The translations under genes and the position numbers were made by a program. A stretch of DNA of 64,000 nt from an uncultured Gammaproteobacteria bacterium (GTDB lineage: Bacteria; Pseudomonadota; Gammaproteobacteria; Steroidobacterales; Steroidobacteraceae), in contig CAWCBJ010000004.1 in NCBI GenBank assembly GCA_963793685.1, forward strand, positions 82,618-146,617. The letters run 5' to 3'. Under the pieces are notes generated by a model. The model searched no databases. It was given only the letters and a program-made list of their open reading frames with translations, and was not told the origin of the DNA. Below are positions 39,160 through 46,958 of this stretch, one piece after another (the first letter of the stretch is position 1; each line of letters starts with the position of its first letter).

Positions 39160-39354
39160 CTATTGCGGAACCGCGTCGACGTAAATCGGTTGCTTCGGGG
39201 GCGGGGAATCGCGAGTGCCGTGAGGCGCCATGAAGCAATACAGCGTCAAGGCCAAACACAGGATCGCGAATACGACGGCCAAGCCCTTGTATTGCGCGAG
39301 CATGGACGGGGGCTTGTAAACGTAGGCTTCTGCGGCCCAGGGTCTAGGCGGCAT
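39160..39354 (-). CDS. small single-pass membrane protein (64 aa), hypothetical
   Basis: Starts 3 nt after the stop of the cNMP/rhodanese gene. High third-position GC by eye. One TM segment GLAVVFAILCLALTLYCFM. Confidence 0.4.
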   Translation of the reverse strand: MPPRPWAAEAYVYKPPSMLAQYKGLAVVFAILCLALTLYCFMAPHGTRDSPPPKQPIYVDAVPQ

Positions 39355-39357
39355 CGC

Positions 39358-40422
39358 TCATCCCCGGTTGGCGCGAGCGGCTTCGGTCGCGGCCAAACCT
39401 CCCTTCAAGACGTGGGCTTCGAAGCCGCGTTCGCTCAAAATGTAGGCCGCGGCCGAACTGCGGCGCCCCGTGTCGCAACAGACGACGTACGGCGTGTTCT
39501 TGTCGAGCGCGTTGAGCTTCAGTCGAATGAAGTACAGGGGTATATTGATGGAGCCGTCGATGCGAAAATTTTGGAATTCGCTCGGCAATCTCACATCGAG
39601 CCATTTGCCGCCCTTGGCAACGATCTCCTTGGCCTGATCTTGGGTGACCCATTGCAGCAGCGGTTCGTTCAGCAATGTCTGAAAATCCTGCTTGCCGAGC
39701 CGCATCAATGTGCCTTCCGTGGACATGGTCACGGTGGCGTTGCGCTTGGCCTCCGCAATCAAGGCTTCCTCGCCGAAACTATCGCCCGAACCGAGTTCGG
39801 CGAGTTTGATGCCCTCTTTATTCAGAGGAGTCTCCCGGGTCACTACGCACTTGCCGGAGACCACCACGTAGAAATAATCGCCTTCGGTGCCTTGCTTGAT
39901 CACGACATCGCCCGCGCGGTAGTTGATGCGCTGCATGCGCATGAAAATGGCCTGAATATTGGCCGGCGGTATTCGATGAAAGGCCTTCGTCTGCAGCAAA
40001 GTGGTCATCCAGTCGCCGGTCACATCGAGACCGTCGCTGTTCAATTCCGACACTTCGTACTGGCCGGTTTGATCCCAGGTCAACAGCACGTCGAGCAGGT
40101 CGCTATCGATCATGATGTATTCGAGGTCGGTGGCTGCGCGCGCCGTGAATTTGCGCGGCAAGCCGGGCGCCAGCGCCGCGCGAGCCTCCGCGCTGCCGGC
40201 GCGCACCGACCCGATGAGCTGGTCATCGGCGCGCAACTCGACGCTGCCGGCGACCAGATAGAACGTGCGCTTATCGGTGTCGCCTTCCTTGAACAGCGTG
40301 CGGCCGGCGCCCAATTCGCGCAACTGCGTCTTGCGTGCGAGCGCAGTCAAGTTCTCCGCCTTCAATCCGTCGAGGGGCGAGAATGTTCTTAACACTGCGA
40401 GATTGATCGGTCGTTCAGTCAT
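39358..40422 (-). CDS. protein with two cyclic-nucleotide-binding (CAP_ED) domains and a C-terminal rhodanese domain
   Basis: CAP_ED 1: RTLFKEGDTDKRTFYLVAGSVEL. CAP_ED 2: VIKQGTEGDYFYVVVSGKC...GSGDSFGEEALIAEAKRNATV. Rhodanese: WLDVRLPSEF...YVVCCDTGRRSSAAAYIL, with an active-site Cys loop. Confidence 0.8.
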   Translation of the reverse strand: MTERPINLAVLRTFSPLDGLKAENLTALARKTQLRELGAGRTLFKEGDTDKRTFYLVAGSVELRADDQLIGSVRAGSAEARAALAPGLPRKFTARAATDLEYIMIDSDLLDVLLTWDQTGQYEVSELNSDGLDVTGDWMTTLLQTKAFHRIPPANIQAIFMRMQRINYRAGDVVIKQGTEGDYFYVVVSGKCVVTRETPLNKEGIKLAELGSGDSFGEEALIAEAKRNATVTMSTEGTLMRLGKQDFQTLLNEPLLQWVTQDQAKEIVAKGGKWLDVRLPSEFQNFRIDGSINIPLYFIRLKLNALDKNTPYVVCCDTGRRSSAAAYILSERGFEAHVLKGGLAATEAARANRG

Positions 40423-40513
40423 CGAGAAATGTGCCGGGGCCTGCGGTTACAACCCTTATGATTTTGGCTGCGAATGCTATCACACGTCGACCCATGTACG
40501 ATCACGTATTGGG

Positions 40514-42559
40514 TCACGTCGGCGGCTGCGTCGAGGCGATTAGAGTGCGCCATCCTGCATCGGGGCGAAAGCGCTCGCCAAAGCGCCGCTCCAGTTCCGC
40601 GAGGCGCAACGTGATCTTATCCAGCCCGCGCTGCTTCGCGTACTGCAGGGGTCCGCCGCGAAAAGGCGCGAAGCCGGTCCCAAAAACCGCTCCCGCGTCC
40701 AACAAATCGGCGTCTTCTATGACACCCTCTCGAAGACATGCCGCGGCTTCGTTCAGCATCGGCAAGAGCAGCCGGTCCTCGAGGTCGGGCGGAATCTCGG
40801 CATTTGGCGCCCGCATGCGCACCGGTTTGCCGTCCCGCCACGCGTAGAAGCCTTCTCCGCTCTTGCGCCCGACCTTCCCCTGGTCCACCAGTTTAATCAG
40901 CACCTCCGGCACGGGCCGCCTGAAGGCCTCTGACAGAACGCGGCCCACATGCAACGCGACATCCAATCCGATCACGTCGGCGAGTTCAATCGGACCCACG
41001 GGCATGCCGAAACGTGTGGCGGCATGATCGATGACCGCGGCGGGAATACCGTCCCCAAGCGCAAATAGGGCCTCGTTGATGTAAGGCATCAATATGCGAT
41101 TCACGACGAAACCCGGCGCGCTTTTGCAGGGCAGCGGCAACTTGTCGAGTTTGCGAGCGAACGAGGCCGCAATCCGCGCCACCTCGGGCCGAGTGGCGGG
41201 GCCTTGCACGATCTCCACCAACTGCATCTGAGCCACCGGATTGAAAAAGTGAATCCCGACCAGCCGGCCCGGGTCGCTAAGTCCTTCGCCCAAGGTTTCG
41301 ATCTTGATGCTGGATGTGTTGGTCGCGAATACCGCAGTCGATTTGAGGCGCGGCTCGATTTGCGCATACAAGGCACGCTTGGCGTCGGCATTTTCAACGA
41401 TGGCCTCGATGAGGACATCCGCATCCGTCACGCCGGCACCGGTGACATCCATGCGCATACGGGCGAATGCCTCGGCGGCGGCCCCCGGCGCGTTCAGGCG
41501 CTTGTCGAAATACGCCTTGGCGCGTGCAAGCGCCGGTTGGATCAATGCCTCGCTGCGGTCCTGCAGCGTCACGCGCAAGCCGCGCAGCGCCGCCCATGCC
41601 GCGATGTCGCCGCCCATGACCCCGGCACCGATGACGTGCACATGCCGAAAATCGATTTGCGCCTTGCCGCCGAGCCCTTTGAGGCGATCCTGCAGCAGAA
41701 ACACTCGTACCAGGTTGCGCGATGTCGGTGTGCACATGAGCGTGCCGATGGATCGCGCCTCGGCCTCGTAGCTGTCGGCACCGGCGGCGCCGTAGTGCTG
41801 CCATAACTCGAGAATTGCATAGGGAGCGGGGTAGTGTTCGCGCGGCACCTTTTCCCTCAACGCGGCAGCGGCCTTACGGGCGACAAACGGCCGCACCGCG
41901 TCAAGGTTCAATAATTTCTCGACGAACGGCGCGGTCTTGATCGCGGGCGGCTGCAGCAGCAGGCGTTTGGCCCGCGCCTTGAGTTCGGCCGGGGCTACGA
42001 GCTCATCGAGCAGGCCGGCCTCGAGCGCGCGCGCACCCTTGAACGGCCTGCCCTTGAGCATCAGCTCCATCGCCGGACGGACGCCCAGGAGCCGAACGGT
42101 GCGCACGGTACCGCCGAACCCGGGATGTATGCCGAGCAGCACCTCCGGAAGCCCCAGGGACAATTTCGCGTCATCGGCGCCGATTCGATAGCGACAGGCC
42201 AGGGCAAGCTCCAAGCCGCCGCCCAGCGCGAATCCGTGCACGGCCGCGACGCTGGGGCAGGGCAGCTGCTCCAGCCGATCGAGCACGGTCTGCCCGGCGC
42301 GCACCAGTGCGTAACCGTCCTCCGGATTGCGAATGTTCAAGAATTCCTTGATGTCGGCGCCTGCGACGAAACCATTGGCCTTGGCGGAACTCACCACCAG
42401 ACCGGCCGGGCGCATCTCGGACAGCAGATCCAATGCGGTCGCCAAATCGCGAAGCACCGTCGCCGATAAAACGTTGGTCGAGGTCCCTGGGGCGTCGCAT
42501 GTCAGCCAAGCGATGCGCTCGGCGTCCACTTCCATACGCCAGCTGCCGATCTGCGTCAT
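40514..42559 (-). CDS. bifunctional enoyl-CoA hydratase / 3-hydroxyacyl-CoA dehydrogenase (FadB/FadJ-like)
   Basis: 681 aa. N-terminal crotonase fold (FVAGADIKEF, AAVHGFALGGGLELALAC). Central NAD-binding VIGAGVMGGDIAAW. No thiolase gene adjacent. Confidence 0.85.
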   Translation of the reverse strand: MTQIGSWRMEVDAERIAWLTCDAPGTSTNVLSATVLRDLATALDLLSEMRPAGLVVSSAKANGFVAGADIKEFLNIRNPEDGYALVRAGQTVLDRLEQLPCPSVAAVHGFALGGGLELALACRYRIGADDAKLSLGLPEVLLGIHPGFGGTVRTVRLLGVRPAMELMLKGRPFKGARALEAGLLDELVAPAELKARAKRLLLQPPAIKTAPFVEKLLNLDAVRPFVARKAAAALREKVPREHYPAPYAILELWQHYGAAGADSYEAEARSIGTLMCTPTSRNLVRVFLLQDRLKGLGGKAQIDFRHVHVIGAGVMGGDIAAWAALRGLRVTLQDRSEALIQPALARAKAYFDKRLNAPGAAAEAFARMRMDVTGAGVTDADVLIEAIVENADAKRALYAQIEPRLKSTAVFATNTSSIKIETLGEGLSDPGRLVGIHFFNPVAQMQLVEIVQGPATRPEVARIAASFARKLDKLPLPCKSAPGFVVNRILMPYINEALFALGDGIPAAVIDHAATRFGMPVGPIELADVIGLDVALHVGRVLSEAFRRPVPEVLIKLVDQGKVGRKSGEGFYAWRDGKPVRMRAPNAEIPPDLEDRLLLPMLNEAAACLREGVIEDADLLDAGAVFGTGFAPFRGGPLQYAKQRGLDKITLRLAELERRFGERFRPDAGWRTLIASTQPPT

Positions 42560-42562
42560 GGC

Positions 42563-43360
42563 TTATGCGGCCTTAAGTGCATGTTCGTGGATCGTGAAAT
42601 CGCAAATCAGCGGCAAATGATCGGATAGCTGAATGCCCGGCATTTCAAACCGAGTCACCTCTATGCGCGCACTGTGCAGAATAAAGTCGAGCTCTTTTCG
42701 CGGACTCCTGCTCGGATAGGAGGGTAGACCGCGCGCATTGGCGTTGGTCAGTCCCGCCGCCTGCATGAATAAGTAAAGCTCGTTATCCCCCCAGTAGGTG
42801 TTGAAGTCCCCGGCGACGATCACGGGTTTACTGGTCTTGCGAACCAGATCGTACAGCGAGCGCAGTTGGTACTGCCGGTGCCGGTATTTGAGCGACAGAT
42901 GCACCAGGAAGATCGCGATGTCGTCCAATTCAAGCTCTATGATGAGCCGCTTGATGCCGGTGTCGAAATAATGGAATCGTTCGCCGCGCACCCGGGGCGC
43001 GGCGAGAAACGCATTCGCCTGCTTGCGCACGATAGGCACCAGCTGATTCAGCGAGGATACGCCGTACTTGCACTCGAAGGTGGAGTAATGGCCGAGCGAG
43101 CGGGCAATGAACTCCGCCTGGTTGACCATTCCCGTGCGGATTGAGCCGGTGTCGACCTCGATGAGGCCCACCACGTCCGGGTCCTGACGCTTGATGAACT
43201 CGGTAATCTCGGACAGCACCTGCGGGTTCGAGCGCAAATACCCGGCCCCCGGCACCGGAAGGTGGAACGCCGGGCCGGTACCGGTCGCATAGCGGATGTT
43301 ATAGAGCAGCAATCGCACTTTCGGCATTGTATCGGCGCTCAGTGTTTCGCGCATGACCAT
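42563..43360 (-). CDS. endonuclease/exonuclease/phosphatase (EEP) family protein
   Basis: 265 aa. LLLYNIRYATG, VVGLIEVD, VIVAGDFN and the C-terminal SDHLPLICDF EEP motifs. 3-nt gap to the fadB-like start. Start may be 43327. Confidence 0.75.
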   Translation of the reverse strand: MVMRETLSADTMPKVRLLLYNIRYATGTGPAFHLPVPGAGYLRSNPQVLSEITEFIKRQDPDVVGLIEVDTGSIRTGMVNQAEFIARSLGHYSTFECKYGVSSLNQLVPIVRKQANAFLAAPRVRGERFHYFDTGIKRLIIELELDDIAIFLVHLSLKYRHRQYQLRSLYDLVRKTSKPVIVAGDFNTYWGDNELYLFMQAAGLTNANARGLPSYPSRSPRKELDFILHSARIEVTRFEMPGIQLSDHLPLICDFTIHEHALKAA

Positions 43361-43382
43361 CGTCGCGCTACACTAGGGGCCA

Positions 43383-43838
43383 ATGTCGAGCCGTGTAAAT
43401 CCGATTCGCTTGTTCGTCACCCACAACTGGGAAGAGAACGACGACTACACGCGCGTCTTCGAATATCTGGAGGCGCCGGGAACTTTTTATTACGTCAATT
43501 CCAGTCAGCCGCAGGCGAAGCGGCCCATCGACAAGGAAAGCCAGCGCGAGGATTTGCGCCGGCAAATAGCGCCTTGCGAGGTGGTCATTGTGTTGCCCAC
43601 GGTCTACCAGGCCGCGCCCGAGTTGGTCCAGTTTCAAATGACCTTTGCCAAAGCCGCCGATCGGCCCATCGTCGCCATGGAGAATTTTGGATCCAACGAA
43701 CCTTTGCCTAAGGCCATCAAGGATTTGGCGGACGAGGTCAGCGCGTGGACCGCGCGCAGCTTAATCGACGCATTGCGCCGCCAGGCGCGCCATCAAGAGA
43801 CGACGCGCTGGGACACGATTGAATTCAAGCTCGATTGA
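43383..43838 (+). CDS. TIR-like domain protein (DUF1863/MTH538-type), stand-alone
   Basis: 151 aa. The pattern RLFVTHNWEENDDY...LRRQIAPCEVVIVLPTVYQAAPELVQFQMTFAKAADRPIVAM matches, from memory, the TIR-like flavodoxin-fold layout (beta-A FxSy..eD, then I.vl.t...s.wv.wEi..A...gkPI..v). No HMM search was run. Confidence 0.5.
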   Translation: MSSRVNPIRLFVTHNWEENDDYTRVFEYLEAPGTFYYVNSSQPQAKRPIDKESQREDLRRQIAPCEVVIVLPTVYQAAPELVQFQMTFAKAADRPIVAMENFGSNEPLPKAIKDLADEVSAWTARSLIDALRRQARHQETTRWDTIEFKLD

Positions 43839-43872
43839 CGCATGTGGGCGTCGAAGGCGGCGTTCCGCCGCG

Positions 43873-44268
43873 TCAGCTGGCGGCTGTGAGCACCGGAATT
43901 TCGAAGTCGGCCGAGGTGTGATCGACCTCGACACTGCGCAGCTGCACCACGGAGGCGGTCTGACGGGTTGTATTCGCCTCCGCCTGGCAGGTCAGCCCGA
44001 AGATTTCCACGATGAGCGCCGCGCAGTCGTCTGCCTCTTGATTCGACATTTTGCGCACCGAAGCGGCGACCGCATCCTCTCCGCGCAAGGGTTGCACGCC
44101 TGCCAAGCTGCGCATGACCTGTGAGAACGAGTCGCGCGCTTCGGTGGGAAGCTGATCCTCGGCTACGGATGCGAGATGGCGGCGATACGCCGAAATCAAT
44201 CGCTGCTTGATCGGGATCGAGCGAACCAATTCCAAGGTCGCAAAGTGAAGACTCTCCCACACGCTCAT
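43873..44268 (-). CDS. hypothetical protein (131 aa)
   Basis: Clean ORF convergent with the TIR-like gene. No motif recognised. An AT-rich region lies upstream. Confidence 0.45.
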   Translation of the reverse strand: MSVWESLHFATLELVRSIPIKQRLISAYRRHLASVAEDQLPTEARDSFSQVMRSLAGVQPLRGEDAVAASVRKMSNQEADDCAALIVEIFGLTCQAEANTTRQTASVVQLRSVEVDHTSADFEIPVLTAAS

Positions 44269-44585
44269 CTTGTTAACCCCACGGACGAAGACTAGAACCT
44301 AAAGTAGTTTCGAGGTTGGCCTCTTCCTCGGAATCTTGTTAAATCAATACGCTGCGTTTGGAATATACAAGACATTCGATAAAACGCAACGCGGACTTTG
44401 TCAAGGTTTTGAGATATACCGAGCGGGGAATGGTCGATCTTGCACGGCTCGGGTTGCCGGATCCGGCTGGTAATTTACTTAATCTAAAATTAGCTGGGTA
44501 TCGCAATAAGGTTAGGTAAGCATGGTAATTTATTGAATATAAGAGACAATTCGCAATCGGCGAGAGCGTGAGCGCGATGGGCGCT

Positions 44586-44756
44586 GATCATCGTCTCGAC
44601 CAGAGCAACCACAATCTCATGGATGGATGCGTTCACGAAATCGGTCGAGTCATAGACGATGCGGGCTTCCAGGCCCTGCGGCAGCTGGGATTGAATTTCC
44701 GGAAATACGGCCCGGACGCTCTTGATCACGGTCAACAGGTTCGCGGAGATCCTTAA
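44586..44756 (-). pseudogene. internal fragment (~55 aa) of an RND (AcrB/MexB-type) efflux pump gene
   Basis: Minus-strand translation ...SANLLTVIKSVRAVFPEIQSQLPQGLEARIVYDSTDFVNASIHEIVVALVETMI aligns with AcrB ~[54 protein letters not shown]. Similarity stops abruptly on both sides. Confidence 0.7.
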
Positions 44757-46246
44757 GGAGATGCGGTTGAATTGGCGGCGATGTCGGCACGGTTCCACCA
44801 ACCGCCGCCCAACGCCTGAAACAGCGCCGCGGTGTCCGCGTAGCGCTGCGCGCGCGCCTTGACCAGCGCTACGGCGGCCGATTGATAGGTTTGTTCTGCG
44901 GCCAGTACCTGCAGAAAGCTGGCGCCGCCGGCTTTGTACTGCGCCTGCACCAGCTCGAGACTGCCCGCCGCCGAACGTTCGGCGGCAGTTTCGGCCGCGA
45001 GCGCGTCGGCGTCGCCCTGCAAGGCATAGAGGGAATCGGACACATTTTGAAACGCGACCAGGACCGTGGCCTTGTAGTTGGCCGCCGCTTCCTGCGCGGC
45101 GGCTACCGCGGCGCGGCGCTGATGCACGAGCTGTCCGCCCTTGAATATTGGCTGCGTCACCGATCCGGCTAGGCTCCACACGATCGAGGCGGGTGAGAAC
45201 ATATCCGCGAATTTGACGGCAGCGCCACCGTAGCTGCCGGTAAGGGTGAGCTGCGGCAGCAGGTTGGCGGTGGCCACGCCGATCTGCGCCGTGGCCTGGT
45301 GCAGCAATGCCGAATACTGGCGCACGTCGGGGCGCTGCTCGACGAATTTCGACGGCAGGCTCACCGGCAGATCGGTGGGCAAGCTCAGCGAATCGAGATG
45401 GAATTCTGCACCGGCGTAGTCGGCGGGCAGGGATCCCACGTAGGTCGAGAGGAGATTCCGCTGCTGTGCGAGCTGGGTGCGCAGCGGCGGCAGGGTGGCG
45501 AGAGTCGCTTGCAGAGTCGCCTGCTGCTGCAGCACGTCGGCGCGCGACGCGCCGCCCGCCGTGACGCGCCGCTGCGTGATGTCGAGCTGCATGTGCTGCG
45601 CGCGAGCGATGTCTTCGGTGGCGGTGATCTGCGCCCGCAGCGAAGCTTCGGCGATTGCCGCCGTGACCACATTGGCGGTGAGGGTGAGGTAACTTGCCTC
45701 GAGCGCAAATCGCGCGTAGTCCGCTTGCGCCTGCAGCGCCTCGATCTCGCGGCGGACGCCGCCGAAGGCGTCGAGCGTGTACGACACGTTCACCGAGGCG
45801 CTGTTCAATGTGTACAAAAATCCCGAGCCTTGTTGCGGCAGACCAAATTGAGCCGCCGAGGCTCGCGCGCGCTCGGCTTGGTAATTCGCCGAAACGCTCG
45901 GATAGAGCGTTCCGCGCTGCGCCGCCACGTTCTCATTCGCCTGGCGCAAAGAGGCTTGTGCGGCCTGCACAGTCGGATTGTTTTTCAAGGCGAGTTCGAT
46001 GAGCTGGTTGAGCTCGGCGGATTGAAACAGCGTCCACCATTGGCCCGGAATGTCCAAACCATTGACGAAATGCTGGGCGTCTCCGCCGGACATGGGTGCG
46101 GAGGCGGTGTGATCGGGAAGCTGGCCCGTGGGAACGAAGCCGGGGCCCTCGGGTGCGGGCGGCGGCTTGAAATCGGGGCCTACCGCGCATCCCGCGAGCG
46201 CGCAGACGAACATTCCCGCGAGGCGGCGCTTGGCTCGATCGATCAT
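44753..46246 (-). CDS. efflux outer-membrane factor lipoprotein, NodT/OprM family (no cognate pump adjacent)
   Basis: 497 aa with lipobox ALAGCAVGPDF. The C-terminus ALFQALGGGWW is typical of the OMF family. Confidence 0.9.
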   Translation of the reverse strand: MIDRAKRRLAGMFVCALAGCAVGPDFKPPPAPEGPGFVPTGQLPDHTASAPMSGGDAQHFVNGLDIPGQWWTLFQSAELNQLIELALKNNPTVQAAQASLRQANENVAAQRGTLYPSVSANYQAERARASAAQFGLPQQGSGFLYTLNSASVNVSYTLDAFGGVRREIEALQAQADYARFALEASYLTLTANVVTAAIAEASLRAQITATEDIARAQHMQLDITQRRVTAGGASRADVLQQQATLQATLATLPPLRTQLAQQRNLLSTYVGSLPADYAGAEFHLDSLSLPTDLPVSLPSKFVEQRPDVRQYSALLHQATAQIGVATANLLPQLTLTGSYGGAAVKFADMFSPASIVWSLAGSVTQPIFKGGQLVHQRRAAVAAAQEAAANYKATVLVAFQNVSDSLYALQGDADALAAETAAERSAAGSLELVQAQYKAGGASFLQVLAAEQTYQSAAVALVKARAQRYADTAALFQALGGGWWNRADIAANSTASP

Positions 46247-46358
46247 GAGTTGCCGGCCACCATCGGATTAAGTGTCGACGCGGCTTGCCGCGCCATAAAC
46301 AGTTATTTCGACCATCGGACTTAGGCGAGGCGCGAAAAATGACATGAGTGGTTATCGT

Positions 46359-46387
46359 TTGCAAGAACTATTTGCAGGTTATAAAAT
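46359..46387 (+). promoter_or_regulatory. sigma70-like promoter candidate for the marR-OMF-emrAB operon
   Basis: TTGCAA (46359-46364), N17, TAAAAT (46382-46387), inside an exceptionally AT-rich stretch 41 nt upstream of the marR ATG. Confidence 0.35.
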
Positions 46388-46427
46388 ATAATAATAAAAT
46401 ATTCACACTGAAACAATTAGTGGACTA

Positions 46428-46958
46428 ATGAATAATCAACCTCCCTCGCAATTTGACATGCTGGAGGCGAGCCTCGGGCGCCTGCGAGCCCGGATGCCCG
46501 AAACGCCCGTTGCGGCGATCTTGCTGACCCGTCTGCTGCTCAACATCGGCCGCGGCATGGCTACGATGCTCGAACAGCGGATTCGCCCCTTCGGGCTGGC
46601 AGAGGCGGAGTTTCGCGTGCTGACCGCGCTGTTCTCCCAGCCGGAGGGTGTCGCCCATCCCAGTGACTTGTGCGCGAGAACCTCGCAAAGTCCGGCCAAT
46701 ATGTCGCGCATCAGCGATGCGCTGGTGAGCCGGGATCTCATTACGCGCGTGTTGAGCTCCCAAGACCGGCGGCGCATGGTGCTGCGCATTACCGAGCACG
46801 GTGAAGAATTGGTACGCCGGTTGCTGCCTCAGCTGCATGCGCCTCTCAAAGAGATGTATGGCGAGTTTACGGACATAGAGCTGCAGCAGTTGATCGGACA
46901 GCTCAAACGATTGGGCGTAAAGCTCGATCAAGTGACGGAGCAGGAAGCCTCGCCGTGA
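46428..46958 (+). CDS. MarR-family regulator (EmrR-like)
   Basis: 176 aa. wHTH PSDLCARTSQSPANMSRISDALVSRDLITR...DRRRMVLRITEHG. First gene of the efflux operon. Confidence 0.85.
   Translation: MNNQPPSQFDMLEASLGRLRARMPETPVAAILLTRLLLNIGRGMATMLEQRIRPFGLAEAEFRVLTALFSQPEGVAHPSDLCARTSQSPANMSRISDALVSRDLITRVLSSQDRRRMVLRITEHGEELVRRLLPQLHAPLKEMYGEFTDIELQQLIGQLKRLGVKLDQVTEQEASP

Noticed and set aside
39139-40392. 417-aa plus-strand ORF antisense to the CAP_ED/rhodanese gene
   Set aside because: No recognisable domain and a low-complexity composition. The opposite strand has two clear cNMP-binding domains and a rhodanese domain.
44270-44585. AT-rich segment as a mobile element, tRNA or sRNA gene
   Set aside because: I found no transposase or integrase ORF, no terminal inverted repeats and no cloverleaf-compatible sequence. 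It contains only a weak 7-bp inverted repeat (TGCGTTT...AAACGCA). It is kept as a scar or foreign DNA in the findings, not called as an element.
45299-46324. 341-aa plus-strand ORF antisense to the orphan OMF gene, with similar ones at 14810..15796, 20463..21317, 58170..59048 and 61852..62769
   Set aside because: All overlap confidently assigned genes on the other strand and translate to Arg/Gly/Ala-rich sequence without motifs.
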